From a virus (Duplodnaviria > Caudoviricetes): a DNA stretch of 47,308 bases. Made by a program: the position numbers and the translations under genes. The notes under the pieces were generated by a model. It had not been told where the DNA came from and ran no database searches. It saw only the letters and a program-made list of their open reading frames with translations. Location: positions 1-47,308 of the IMG/VR virus record IMGVR_UViG_3300011441_000015; one strand, 5' to 3'. Positions within the stretch are counted from its first letter, which is position 1. Each line of letters starts with the position of its first letter. Positions 35,812-45,592 of this stretch are shown in pieces.

Positions 35812-36491
35812 GGCGTGTAGGATTCGACGTTGGCGGTCCCGCCAGACCACTTCTGCGGCGGCCCCAGATACCCCAGTTCCAGCAGCGTGCGCCGCATCTC
35901 GATATGCTGCTGCACGTCGCCCACGACCCGCTTCCGCGTCTCGGCCAGACCTTCCGGTCGCAGCCGGTTCGCGGCCCGCCACTTCGTCTGGGTCATCTGC
36001 ACCTTGTCATGCTGGAGCTGCAACATGCCGGCAAGGCTTTCCTGCGACCCGCTGATGCCCTTGCGCCGGACCAGGTGCGTCTTGGTGTCCTGCACGAGCT
36101 TCGAGCGCAGTGTGGGCATCTGGTATTCCATCAGCGCCGCGTTGATCTGGGGCAAGTCGTGGCCGGTGATGTAGTGCCCCGTCACCATGTCGGCCTGGTT
36201 GTAGGCATCGACATATTGCCGCAACATGTCGATGGGATCGACTTCTCCCAGGAGCACACAGGTCACGTCGTCGGGCTGGTCGCACCACGCCCAGGCAATG
36301 GCGGTGATCTCGGCCGTGGTGAAGTCCGAGCCGAGATACGTCAGCGGGCGGTTCTCGATGTCGAAGTCCAACACCCGCAAGGGCCGGTGCTGCGCGACGA
36401 ACCGCGTGTGCTCAATTCTCCGAACGTGTGGCGTTGTCTGCGGCGGTGTTGGGATCGGCGGCCTTACTTCCATCCTGAACTTGAGCAACAT
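35808..36491 (-). CDS. RNase H-like 3'-5' exonuclease (PolB/DnaQ-type domain)
   Basis: VLDFDIE; VTGHYITGHDLP; VQDT; VGDV. Confidence 0.75.
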   Translation of the reverse strand: MLLKFRMEVRPPIPTPPQTTPHVRRIEHTRFVAQHRPLRVLDFDIENRPLTYLGSDFTTAEITAIAWAWCDQPDDVTCVLLGEVDPIDMLRQYVDAYNQADMVTGHYITGHDLPQINAALMEYQMPTLRSKLVQDTKTHLVRRKGISGSQESLAGMLQLQHDKVQMTQTKWRAANRLRPEGLAETRKRVVGDVQQHIEMRRTLLELGYLGPPQKWSGGTANVESYTP

Positions 36492-36684
36492 GTTCTACCT
36501 TGATGTCAAACGCCGATCCCGCCGGCATCCCCAGGACGGATTTGCCGCTCTTGTACGCCTCGATCTCTGGAAGCAGCACGTCCTCTTCCCAATCAATCCG
36601 CTCCAGGCCCTGCTTCAACCGAAACTCCGACCGCATATACAGCTTGATCTTGCGCTCCGCCCGTGAGTCCCTACTCAGTGACAT
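36412..36684 (-). CDS. Hypothetical protein
   Basis: MSLSRDSRAERKIKL with GAGG SD. Confidence 0.5.
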   Translation of the reverse strand: MSLSRDSRAERKIKLYMRSEFRLKQGLERIDWEEDVLLPEIEAYKSGKSVLGMPAGSAFDIKVEHVAQVQDGSKAADPNTAADNATRSEN

Positions 36685-36991
36685 GCTGCCTCTGTTTGAA
36701 TGTCGCCAGCCGTTGCCTGACGATCTCCTGCGCTGCCCGCGCCGCGTCTGGCGTGGGGAAATACACTTTGCGTTGCCCGATCCGCACCGCTTTGGCATTG
36801 CTCCGCGCCACCTTGGCGCGGCCCTTGAGACTGATGAGGTATTTGCGCTTGGACGCGCGGCACTTGTCTGTGCGGCTATACCGCTGCCGTGCTGGCTTGC
36901 CGGATCGCCGGTAGATGCAGCGGGCGCACCAGTAGATGCGGATGCGGAGATTGCCCGGCGCGATCCGTCCACCGCAGGGGCACACCCTCAT
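36671..36991 (-). CDS. Basic Cys-containing hypothetical protein
   Basis: MRVCPCG...CARC. Confidence 0.45.
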   Translation of the reverse strand: MRVCPCGGRIAPGNLRIRIYWCARCIYRRSGKPARQRYSRTDKCRASKRKYLISLKGRAKVARSNAKAVRIGQRKVYFPTPDAARAAQEIVRQRLATFKQRQHVTE

Positions 36992-37100
36992 GGAATCGAG
37001 ACGATCAAGGCCACCGCCACGATGGTAATGAGCAGCGTAAAGCCGGTCAGGATCAGGACGGCTTGCCAGAACTCCGCCGGGTCGGTCGGTCGCTCGTCTC

Positions 37101-38573
37101 TCATGGGTCCTCTCTGCGAATCCGTAAGCGCATCCGCGGCACCGACACCGACGTGTCCACGACGCCCAAGTCCAGTCCGTCGTTGCCCGCGTTGCGGTAG
37201 GTGCTGCCGGGAATGAGATGGCTGTCCCCGTCGAATTGCGCCGCATGGTCCTCTTCGGTCGGACGCCAGGTGACGGACGGATAGACGTACGCCTCGTTGC
37301 CGCCCGCCAGGACGTTGTGCGTCCAGGTGTAGGTTTCGGTCATCGCCTCGAGCGCCGACGTGCCGATGCTGCCACCGAACACGCCATATTCCCGGTGGTA
37401 GGCGAGGTTGTTGATGTAGGTCAGATTCGAGATCGCGAACAGCCCCGCCCGCAGCCCGTCGCCGCCGGTCGGGTCCACGTCCCCCAGGTAGAGCGTCATC
37501 AGGTTGCCGCCCTGGTTGATGGTGTTGTGCTGGATGGTGACGGTCCCGACTTCCCCACCCGCCTGCAGAAAGAAGCCCGTCCCACTCAGGTAGTTGTGCT
37601 GAATGGTGATGCGGGTGGCCTGTCCAGACGTGTGGCCGCTCGTGTTCTCGTACCCGAGGATGTTGATAATGCCCTCGGTGTTGCGCACCGTATTCCGTTC
37701 AAACAGCACATCTTCGACCACCGCCCATGGGGACCCGCCTTCGTCGTTGCGCGTGGTGAAGACGATGGCCGTCCCGCTCTGCCCGTCTGACCAGTTGTGT
37801 TCGAACAGGTTGTTCGTGATCGTGACCCGTTTCGCCTGTTTCAGTTCGAACAGGTTCTTGACGACTTTGCCCTCGCCCAGCCAACTGGTCTGCTTCGACA
37901 TGTGGTTGCCGTCGACCAGGATGTCCTGCGGGATGTTGCCCACCGAGGAACTGTTCGCGCCGCCGAAGAGGATGTTGATGCTGGCGGCCTCAAGGTAGTT
38001 GTCGGTGACGGTGTAGGGGCCGGCGCCATCCCACGCGCAGAACGCCTGCGACTCGACGCCCAGCATCCAGATATTCGCGATGTGCGACCGCGTGAGCGTG
38101 ATGTTGGTGCCGTTCGCTTGGATGCCGCGCTTCTGCCCCTCGACCCCGGCGACGATGAGGATGCGGTCCATGTAGATCGAATCCGACCCCGCCATGCGCA
38201 GGACCTCTCCGTTGCCTCCGGTCGTGGAGCCGAACTGCAACCCGTCGAGGCGCCAATTCGCGACCCCCGTGCCACCGATGAGTGGCGGGTCGGCATTGCC
38301 CGGCGCAATCAGCGGGAGCAGGGACGCATCGGCTACCGTGATCCGTCGATTGGGCAGCGTGGCTGACGAGCGAATCGTGATGGCCGCCCCGAACGACTTC
38401 ACGGGTAGCGTAAAGTTCCCCGTGAACGTCGCGCCGGCCTCGACCACGATCTCATCGCCTGGGACGGCGGCATTCAGCGCCGCTTGGAGATCGCCCCCGG
38501 AGTTAACGGTAATAGTGGCGGCGGCGGTGGGAGACGCCCACGCCAAGGCAAGTACGAGAACGACCCCACGCAT
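37101..38573 (-). CDS. Right-handed beta-helix protein with Sec signal peptide
   Basis: MRGVVLVLALAWASPTAA; LQAALNAAVPGDEIVVEAGATFTGNF; VKNLFELK...NW...PWAVVEDV. Confidence 0.8.
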   Translation of the reverse strand: MRGVVLVLALAWASPTAAATITVNSGGDLQAALNAAVPGDEIVVEAGATFTGNFTLPVKSFGAAITIRSSATLPNRRITVADASLLPLIAPGNADPPLIGGTGVANWRLDGLQFGSTTGGNGEVLRMAGSDSIYMDRILIVAGVEGQKRGIQANGTNITLTRSHIANIWMLGVESQAFCAWDGAGPYTVTDNYLEAASINILFGGANSSSVGNIPQDILVDGNHMSKQTSWLGEGKVVKNLFELKQAKRVTITNNLFEHNWSDGQSGTAIVFTTRNDEGGSPWAVVEDVLFERNTVRNTEGIINILGYENTSGHTSGQATRITIQHNYLSGTGFFLQAGGEVGTVTIQHNTINQGGNLMTLYLGDVDPTGGDGLRAGLFAISNLTYINNLAYHREYGVFGGSIGTSALEAMTETYTWTHNVLAGGNEAYVYPSVTWRPTEEDHAAQFDGDSHLIPGSTYRNAGNDGLDLGVVDTSVSVPRMRLRIRREDP

Positions 38574-39290
38574 CTACTGAATCCCTCGAATCTCTGACAC
38601 CGATGGCCCGGCCGGCGCCTGCGTGACCGTGACCGTGAACGTCGCGGAGAACACCGCTTCGCGCACGGCGTTGGTCCCCGCAATTTGAATCAGGCGCGTG
38701 CCCGGCGTGACGACCAACTGCGCGGAGTAGAGACGCTTGCCCTGCGCGTTGGCGGTGCCGCCGACCGTGACGTTGTTCAGGGCGCGCCGCACGTTGTCGA
38801 CCATTGCCGTCCACGCCGTCACCGTCGTGGCGTTGCCATTGGTGTCGCGGCCATCCCAGCACCAGGTCAGCGTGCGCGTGCCCTCGACCACGGTGCCCGT
38901 CGTTGGGGGGACACCATCGCACGGATGCGTCTGCGCCACTGTGATCGCAAACGGCGTGGAGAAGGCGGACCAGGCACTGACCGCCGTGCCCGCGACGACG
39001 CGATACGCGGCCCTGAATCCGGTGCCTGCTGGCAGCGCCACGAACTGCGCCGCGATGGGAATGGCGCAGTCGCGCGTCGTGGGGTTCGCGGGATCGTCAA
39101 CGCGGCCCTCATCCGGGTTCACGATCGGCAGCGTCTCGCTTTCCTTCGGCTGATTGCAGGCCAGTGACGCGAGCGGGTACGTCACGGGGGCCGCCAGCGG
39201 CGTGCCCGTCGCAGGGCTGGTGGCCGTTGCCGGGAAGGCGGCCACGGAAAACGCGGTGGCCTGCGCCACGAGCAGGAACGTCGTCAACAT
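38574..39290 (-). CDS. Two-domain Ig/FN3-like protein with hydrophobic N-terminus
   Basis: SAWS motif; beta-rich; Cys pairs. Confidence 0.55.
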   Translation of the reverse strand: MLTTFLLVAQATAFSVAAFPATATSPATGTPLAAPVTYPLASLACNQPKESETLPIVNPDEGRVDDPANPTTRDCAIPIAAQFVALPAGTGFRAAYRVVAGTAVSAWSAFSTPFAITVAQTHPCDGVPPTTGTVVEGTRTLTWCWDGRDTNGNATTVTAWTAMVDNVRRALNNVTVGGTANAQGKRLYSAQLVVTPGTRLIQIAGTNAVREAVFSATFTVTVTQAPAGPSVSEIRGIQ

Positions 39291-39364
39291 GCTATGTCCT
39301 CCACCAGCGCAGCACCGCGAACTTGATGCGCGCGAGTTTTTCTACCAGGTCGATCAGGGTCATG

Positions 39365-39553
39365 TCACTTCCCCAGCGGTTGCGCCGTGTTGACGCGGAG
39401 CCAGAGATTGAGCAGCGCCGACAGGGCCGACACGAACTTGGCTGCGGCGTTGGGCACAATCGTGCCCACTTCGGGCAGGGACAGCGCGAGCGCGGTAAAC
39501 GTGATGACGTTGATCCAGATGACCTTTGACTGATACCAGGGTTTCTGTTCCAT
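39365..39553 (-). CDS. Holin-like 2-TM protein
   Basis: KPWYQSKVIWIN...LNLWLRVNTAQPL. Confidence 0.65.
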   Translation of the reverse strand: MEQKPWYQSKVIWINVITFTALALSLPEVGTIVPNAAAKFVSALSALLNLWLRVNTAQPLGK

Positions 39554-39555
39554 GA

Positions 39556-40836
39556 CTAGCCCTCTGCGGCCAGCGTGCCGCGATACGTCTTGCCGAATGC
39601 TTGCAGCGTCACTGGCACCGCAGCCGGCGCCGTGCTGGGCGTGCCCTTCTCGAGCGCGGTGACTCTGGCCTCCAGCGCGGTCAGGCGCTTCTCGATGTCA
39701 GGCTCTGGCTTGGGGTCAGGGTCAGGCTTGGGCGCGTCCCCCGGTGCCAGCCAGACGGCCCCAGCGGACTGCGGATACTCCAGCGGCTGCCATGCCGGGT
39801 TGTTGGCCCCGCCGCCGTCTTGCAGCACGTCATAGAGCTGCGGCTGCTGGCCGGGGAAGTCATACGCCAGCACGTCGCCACTCGGGTCATTCGCGTTGCC
39901 GCGCTTGCCGTTCAGGCCCCAGGAGCCACCGAGCTTTTGCGCGACGAGGCGCACATACGGCAGCGGCGGCTGGTCAGGGCCGAATCCCGTCTCAGCGCGC
40001 ACAGTCGCCAGCATGGCTTGCGCGCGGTCTTGTTCACTCTGCGGTACGTCAGGCATAGGTTTCGGGTCCGGTTTCGGGTCAGGTTGTGGAATGGGCGTCT
40101 CCAGCGGCAGGCTGGCAATCTCGCTCACGTCGAACCAGAGGAACACGGCCTTGTTCTCTGACCGCTTGATCAGGGCGACGGCACAGGCATTCGCGATTCG
40201 CGAATAACGAATATCGAAGCATCCGCCCGGCTCGAGCACGCGATGCGGGCCGAGAGCCAGGTCCCCGTCCCTGTCAATAACGTCTTCCTGCACGATGCAC
40301 GCGGCCTCACCTTGGCCGATGGTCACGCCTGCGTAGTGGCTGAACTCCCAGAAGCCGGTCAGGCCCAGCGACTCCGCCAGCGGTGTGCTGCTGTTGATCG
40401 ACTCATCGCCCGTGACAATCTGGCCCAGCTCGTCAACGTAGCGGAACCCTTGCGAGCCATCTTCCAGCTTCGCCAGGTGCAGTTGCCCGTCGCGCGTGTA
40501 GATGACCGGGTTGACGCCAAACGTGGCGCCGCGGTCCTGCCACTGCACGCCGTCCCATTCCCAGGCGGTGCCGCTGGACTGGCCCTGCGCCGCAATGCGC
40601 ACGTCCAGACGTGGGTAGAGCAGCGCCTCACCGGGCAGCGGCAGCACGCCTGCCTGTGTATGGACTGCAGTCCATGTGGTCGCGACCCAGGCCCCACCGA
40701 CCCGGCAGTCTGCCCCGATGGCGCCTAGCACCTCATGTCTCAGCATGGTAAAATCACCGTGGCAGATGCGGCGGGGATGCTGACCCGCACTGGTTAGCCT
40801 TGCTAACGTACCTGTCGGCAACGCAAGATGAGGCAC
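39556..40836 (-). CDS. Multidomain protein with Pro-rich linkers in the lysis region
   Basis: PDPKP linkers; WGLNGKRGN...SGDVLAY...YDVL domain. Confidence 0.6.
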   Translation of the reverse strand: MPHLALPTGTLARLTSAGQHPRRICHGDFTMLRHEVLGAIGADCRVGGAWVATTWTAVHTQAGVLPLPGEALLYPRLDVRIAAQGQSSGTAWEWDGVQWQDRGATFGVNPVIYTRDGQLHLAKLEDGSQGFRYVDELGQIVTGDESINSSTPLAESLGLTGFWEFSHYAGVTIGQGEAACIVQEDVIDRDGDLALGPHRVLEPGGCFDIRYSRIANACAVALIKRSENKAVFLWFDVSEIASLPLETPIPQPDPKPDPKPMPDVPQSEQDRAQAMLATVRAETGFGPDQPPLPYVRLVAQKLGGSWGLNGKRGNANDPSGDVLAYDFPGQQPQLYDVLQDGGGANNPAWQPLEYPQSAGAVWLAPGDAPKPDPDPKPEPDIEKRLTALEARVTALEKGTPSTAPAAVPVTLQAFGKTYRGTLAAEG

Positions 40837-40875
40837 GCGCCCGATCAGCCGGGTCAGAACCGGCCATCTGCCACC

Positions 40876-41079
40876 TCATTTCAGCAGCCCAGCCAACTGC
40901 ATCCCCTCGGGACAGTAGAGCGTCACCGTCCAGCCACCACTGCTCCAGCGCACGGTCGATGTCACGCGGCACTGTTGATAAAGCATCGGCACATTCCACG
41001 TACTCGGCGTATGCGGCGTCTGCTGTGGCTTTGCGCAGGACAGCGTAGTGACTACGCAGAACAGCGCAATGCGCCTCAT
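40876..41079 (-). CDS. Lipoprotein (possible spanin)
   Basis: MRRIALFCVVTTLS-C lipobox-like; follows the endolysin. Confidence 0.5.
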   Translation of the reverse strand: MRRIALFCVVTTLSCAKPQQTPHTPSTWNVPMLYQQCRVTSTVRWSSGGWTVTLYCPEGMQLAGLLK

Positions 41080-41495
41080 TGCCAGAACCCCGTCCGCCAT
41101 TGTTCCGCCAGCCGCAGCGCCCGATCCCCGACCTGTTCCGCCCAGAGCGATTGCAGCATCTGGATCGGCACCGCCTCGTCCTGGCGGGCCTCCATCAGCT
41201 TCAGCGTGTTCGGGAACTTGAGCACCCGCTTGATGCCCATGTTGAACACCATGTTGACGAGCACCGCTTGCCGCACCACATCCAGCGTGTCAAACCACGG
41301 GAAGTTCGCCCTGCAGTCCAGTTCCGCCCCGTCGATGTCGTGGTCCAGCAGGGTAATCGCTTCCGTATGGGTAATCCCGCGATCCGTCAGGTTCCGCCCC
41401 ACCCCAATCGTGAGCTTGCCCACCGTGTCCGTGTAGGGCTTGAGCCGCATCCCCTCGTCCCGAATCAGTTGCTCCACGAGGCGGTCGCGGTTCAT
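41076..41495 (-). CDS. Endolysin, T4-lysozyme-like (GH24)
   Basis: DEGMRLKPYTDTVGKLTIGVGRNL carries the E-x8-D-x5-T triad. Confidence 0.92.
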   Translation of the reverse strand: MNRDRLVEQLIRDEGMRLKPYTDTVGKLTIGVGRNLTDRGITHTEAITLLDHDIDGAELDCRANFPWFDTLDVVRQAVLVNMVFNMGIKRVLKFPNTLKLMEARQDEAVPIQMLQSLWAEQVGDRALRLAEQWRTGFWQ

Positions 41496-41692
41496 GCCTG
41501 ATCCGTCGAGCGCGCCCCATACGACCGACGCACCAGCGTCTTGACATCGCCCTTAATCTCAGAGATGTCATTCGCCAGATCGTTCGTGCGTTGCTCGGCC
41601 TTGTCGATGCGGCCTTCCAGGCGCACGAGCCAGACCACGCACCCGATAGACCCACCCGCGATTGCCAGTGCCAACCCAGGCTCAATCGTCAT
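41492..41692 (-). CDS. Holin-like 1-TM plus coiled-coil protein
   Basis: TM helix, then VWLVRLEGRI; precedes the lysin. Confidence 0.6.
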   Translation of the reverse strand: MTIEPGLALAIAGGSIGCVVWLVRLEGRIDKAEQRTNDLANDISEIKGDVKTLVRRSYGARSTDQA

Positions 41693-41704
41693 CGCTGCTC
41701 CACG

Positions 41705-42967
41705 CTACTCTTGCTGACCCATGAGGTGGGCGATGAGAGCTGCCCGTAACAGTTCCGGATTGATGGCCGCGCCCGTCGCGCGCACGGGCACAGACCCCAG
41801 CGCCATCGGGATCTGCGGCCACGTCCGCCCAAGCGCCACGCCTGCGCCGATAGCACCAGCCGCCGGAATGCCCATCGACGACGCGCCAGCGCCCGCCAAC
41901 GCCGCACTCATCGGGATCGTCTTCGACCGCTCCCCGATGTCCTGCCACATCCTGCCCACCAATGCCATCTGTCGCGCGGTGTCGTCTAACGGCGCGATCT
42001 CTGGCAAGGCGTGGCGCAGTTCATGACGCGCGTTATCGGCCATCTCCACCCGGCCTCGATCCGTCACGCTTCGTACTTGACCGTGACGTTCTTCGGCGCG
42101 ATACGAGGCGTCATTGTCTCGATCCAGTCGGCGCCTACGACGCAGCAGCTCGCCCGTGCCAATGTTTTGCGGCAGCGTGGCAACGGTCTCCGCCTCAAGC
42201 CTCGCCAGCTCGTCGAGTGGCCGCACGTTCGGGGTCGTATCGACGGCCTCTTGCAACGTCCTTGGAAAATCAGCGACGGCCGTTCTCGGCACGGTGGCAC
42301 CCGCGGCCTCGGCTTCGTCGGCCATCCGCGTGACTTGATCGGCTGCGGCATGGGATCGTCGCTGGGCCTGCCCCCGCGTGAGCGTGGTGGTTCTCAGCGC
42401 CGCACGCTCCAGTTCTAGAGGGGCGCGCGTCTGACGAATAAGGCTTCTCGGCGGCGTCGTGAACGGTCGCATAGCCGCCGCCGTGCCGTATTCGGTGGCT
42501 GTGGCGATCGGTCTGGTAATCGCGTTCGGCCTGAGAACGCCCGTCAGCAGCCCGGCGGTTTTCCCAAGCCCGCCAGCGATGTCTCCGGTCGCGCCGATTT
42601 CTTCCCCGATGTTGGCGGCAGCCGGGCCAAGAATGGGGAGCAAGGCGGCGGCGCCGTGGCCCAAGGCTTCGCTATAGCGGCCCTGCGCCACGTTCTCGAA
42701 CGCCTTCTGCGCCTGCCCGACGTGGCTCTCGTAGATGTTTTTGGCGGTGTCGATGGGATGGCTGACGGCATCGACCGCGCCCTTGACCATGCTCGCCGGG
42801 TTCAACATCTCCCATGCGCCGCCCGCAAACCGTGCGGCGGCGCCGCTCTTGGGCTCTGGCGTCTCCGTCTTGGCAGCGGCACCGGCATTCGGATCGGTCG
42901 ACAGGTAGCCACTGGACGCCTGTCCAGCATTCGGATCGGTGGAAAGATACTGTGGCTGTTGCGGCAT
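41705..42967 (-). CDS. Probable internal virion/ejection protein
   Basis: Ala/Gly-rich helical; tandem YLSTDPNAG repeat at N-terminus; podoviral position. Confidence 0.55.
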   Translation of the reverse strand: MPQQPQYLSTDPNAGQASSGYLSTDPNAGAAAKTETPEPKSGAAARFAGGAWEMLNPASMVKGAVDAVSHPIDTAKNIYESHVGQAQKAFENVAQGRYSEALGHGAAALLPILGPAAANIGEEIGATGDIAGGLGKTAGLLTGVLRPNAITRPIATATEYGTAAAMRPFTTPPRSLIRQTRAPLELERAALRTTTLTRGQAQRRSHAAADQVTRMADEAEAAGATVPRTAVADFPRTLQEAVDTTPNVRPLDELARLEAETVATLPQNIGTGELLRRRRRLDRDNDASYRAEERHGQVRSVTDRGRVEMADNARHELRHALPEIAPLDDTARQMALVGRMWQDIGERSKTIPMSAALAGAGASSMGIPAAGAIGAGVALGRTWPQIPMALGSVPVRATGAAINPELLRAALIAHLMGQQE

Positions 42968-42970
42968 GGC

Positions 42971-43960
42971 CTACCTCTGCACCGGCAACCAGCCCTTGCC
43001 GTCCCACCGACCCGGCTTGCCGCCGATCATTCGTTCCTCGCCCACCTTCGGGCCTGCACCCGTGTCGCGGATGGGCACCTTGACCGCACCGCCAGAGAAT
43101 TGCGCCTTCGCAGTTTCCCAGCGGTCAAGGACAGCCGTCACCTTCATCAGTTCGGCCTTGACCTGTTCCGGCGTCTGCGCCTGGTCGAGTGCGGCCAGCG
43201 ACGATTGCAAGAACCCGATTTCCTTGTCCGACACCTGTCCGAGTGCGCCGCCGGTCTTGCTGGCTTGTCGCATTTCCGTGATTTCATTGAACCCGACGTT
43301 CGCCTTCAACGAGTCGAGCTTGGCCTTGTAGTTCAGCGCGTCCGACGTGGGGACACCCTTCAAGAGACTGCCCCAGCCGGTCGTCTTGTTGTTCGTGAGG
43401 GGCAACAACTCGTCCACCGCGTCCCGCATCCGTTGGCCGCGTTCCGCGCCATAGAGGTCCGCAAACTCGCCGGACTGCGCAGGACCGCCAGCACTGCCCT
43501 CCTGCCGCATCCCGAGCGTCCGGCGCTGCTCTGCGCCTTCGGCGGCTGTCTCGCCAATGCGATAGCCGTGCAGCGTCTTGTCGCGGCCCGTGGTGAATGT
43601 CCGATCGGCCTCTTCGGCGGCAGGCTTGCGCAGCAATTCGCCCGTGATGGCGCCCGTATGCGCCACGTCGGCTTCGCGTTGCGGCCCGTGTGCGTCGAAT
43701 TGCCTGACCTTCTCACCGAGTTCGGCTTGGTCGTGATCCGCGCGTCGACCACCCAAGGCCAGGTTGCCCTTGCCCAACTCGTAGTCCTGTGCGTTGCCTG
43801 CTTCCTGAATGTCCAGCCCACGGCCACGCAAGCCCATCTCCTGCTGGGCAATGCCCTGCCGGTCCATGTGCTCCCGCTGCGACTGCTTGAACTGTGCCTC
43901 CAGAAACAACCGCTGCAGCACCTGCTGCAACCCTTCGGCGGCGCCCGATCCCATGCTCAT
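42971..43960 (-). CDS. Probable ejection protein
   Basis: LKANVGFNEITEMRQASKTGGALGQVSDKEIGFLQS motif seen in DNA-transfer proteins. Confidence 0.6.
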   Translation of the reverse strand: MSMGSGAAEGLQQVLQRLFLEAQFKQSQREHMDRQGIAQQEMGLRGRGLDIQEAGNAQDYELGKGNLALGGRRADHDQAELGEKVRQFDAHGPQREADVAHTGAITGELLRKPAAEEADRTFTTGRDKTLHGYRIGETAAEGAEQRRTLGMRQEGSAGGPAQSGEFADLYGAERGQRMRDAVDELLPLTNNKTTGWGSLLKGVPTSDALNYKAKLDSLKANVGFNEITEMRQASKTGGALGQVSDKEIGFLQSSLAALDQAQTPEQVKAELMKVTAVLDRWETAKAQFSGGAVKVPIRDTGAGPKVGEERMIGGKPGRWDGKGWLPVQR

Positions 43961-43961
43961 G

Positions 43962-44633
43962 TCAGAACCTCACGTTCCGCTGATTCTGCGTGACGCCGTA
44001 GGGCTGGCCCGGCAGCGCCGAGTACGTGGCGGGTTCCTCGTTCTGTTGCAGTGACTTCCCGACCCCGCCCGCGAGTGACGAGAGTAGGCTCGCCCAGTCC
44101 AGACCCTTTTCAAGCCCACCCGCGCCTGCTGGCGGCGTGATCTGCGGTCCCTTGAGAATGTCCCCGCCCGTGAACGTGTCGCCCTGCATGAGTGCCTGCA
44201 GCGCCTGCTTGCTCAACTCCGCCATGCCCTGCCGCCCCGTGGCGCCCATCGCGGACGGGCGGAGCCCACCACTCACCTTGGCGGTCTGGATGCCTGGCAC
44301 GTCAATCGACACGTCCTGCAGGTTGGCGAGCAAGTCTGCCAGAGCCGCTTGCTTGCCCCGTCCGGCCCGCGCGTCCTCGCTGAACATCTTGCGCTGGAGA
44401 TCGAGTTGCCCCGCCTGGTTCTGCGCGGCCTGCTCGGTCTGGTATTTGGCGATCTGGGAGTTGTTGAACTGCCCTTGCTGGCTGTTCTGGACCTGACGGC
44501 TCTCTTCCTTGCCTTTGGAGGCGCCGCCGAAGATCGAGCCCAGCGCCGGGGCGACCGCGCCGAGCAGCGCTCCCCAGAACTGATCGTCGTGCCCCACGAG
44601 CATGTCGTTCTGCTGACCGAAGATCGCCATCAC
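43962..44633 (-). CDS. Probable ejection/pilot protein
   Basis: FWGALLGAVAPALGSIFGG followed by Gln-rich helices. Confidence 0.55.
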   Translation of the reverse strand: MMAIFGQQNDMLVGHDDQFWGALLGAVAPALGSIFGGASKGKEESRQVQNSQQGQFNNSQIAKYQTEQAAQNQAGQLDLQRKMFSEDARAGRGKQAALADLLANLQDVSIDVPGIQTAKVSGGLRPSAMGATGRQGMAELSKQALQALMQGDTFTGGDILKGPQITPPAGAGGLEKGLDWASLLSSLAGGVGKSLQQNEEPATYSALPGQPYGVTQNQRNVRF

Positions 44634-45592
44634 AAGCCTCCCAAGAGCGCGAGCAGCGCCTGTTGATTCAGGTTGGCCTGGCTGATGCCGATATTGGCGC
44701 CAAGCTGCTGCCCGAACTGTTCGCCGCCCTGGAGCAGTCCCGCATAGCCCAGCCCGAGGTTGCCCTGCCCGAGACTGTTGCGAATGTCCAGTTCCCGGTT
44801 GCCAAGCTGCGTCTGCGCGCCGAGTCCTTCCCGGCGCAACACGGCATCCAGATCTATCCCATATCGCTGGAGGTCCTGCGCCTGCTGGGTGGTGAGCATG
44901 TTCCCACCGAGTGCCAATGCATTCGTGAGATCGCCCTGCTGCTGCTGGTGCAGCCCGAACAGCGCATTGCCTTCAAACGCGCCCTGTCTGCCGGCAGACT
45001 CGCCAATGGCCTGCCGCAGCCCAACTTCCTGCGCGCCGCTCTGTCCAGTCGCCGCGCCACGCTCGGCCAGCGCCTCTTGTGTCCGCGACAGTCCCCGCTG
45101 TTCCGCGTTGCGGTTCGCGGAGATGATGCCCTTGATGGCCGGGTTCTGGCTGGTGATGTCCTGCGGCGCGAGGCGGTTCACCAGCGCCTGCTGGAACGCA
45201 CCGGCCACAGTCGTCGGTGCGCCCTGCGGCGTCTGTGCGCCAGCGACCGCGGTGCCGCCCAAGACGCCGGCCTGCGTCGTCGGTTGTCCGGCTGCGCCCG
45301 GCGCCCCGCCTCCAGCGCCACCCGTTGGGTTTGTCGGTCCCATCGCTTGTTGGTACAGCGGATGATTGCGATCCACGACCTGACCGTTGGCGAGCTTGAC
45401 CAGGTTGTTGCCCATGTCGGTGCTGCCAGCCGGATCGGCCGGAGCAGCCGCCGCTGGCTGCAGGCCGGGAGACTGCGGCGCCATCTCAGTGTTGAGGTCG
45501 TGCCTCAACTGTTGTTGGTCAAAACTGCTGCGAACTGGAGTGCTCAATGCCGATGCCCGCTTCTGGGCGTCAAGCTGTCCGTTGTCGATCAC
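44630..45592 (-). CDS. Probable internal virion protein
   Basis: Gln/Gly/Ala-rich; lies after the tail genes. Confidence 0.5.
   Translation of the reverse strand: MIDNGQLDAQKRASALSTPVRSSFDQQQLRHDLNTEMAPQSPGLQPAAAAPADPAGSTDMGNNLVKLANGQVVDRNHPLYQQAMGPTNPTGGAGGGAPGAAGQPTTQAGVLGGTAVAGAQTPQGAPTTVAGAFQQALVNRLAPQDITSQNPAIKGIISANRNAEQRGLSRTQEALAERGAATGQSGAQEVGLRQAIGESAGRQGAFEGNALFGLHQQQQGDLTNALALGGNMLTTQQAQDLQRYGIDLDAVLRREGLGAQTQLGNRELDIRNSLGQGNLGLGYAGLLQGGEQFGQQLGANIGISQANLNQQALLALLGGL

Noticed and set aside
42879-42950. Duplicated YLSTDPNAG sequence as a DGR template/variable repeat
   Set aside because: Short in-frame peptide repeat; no reverse transcriptase present
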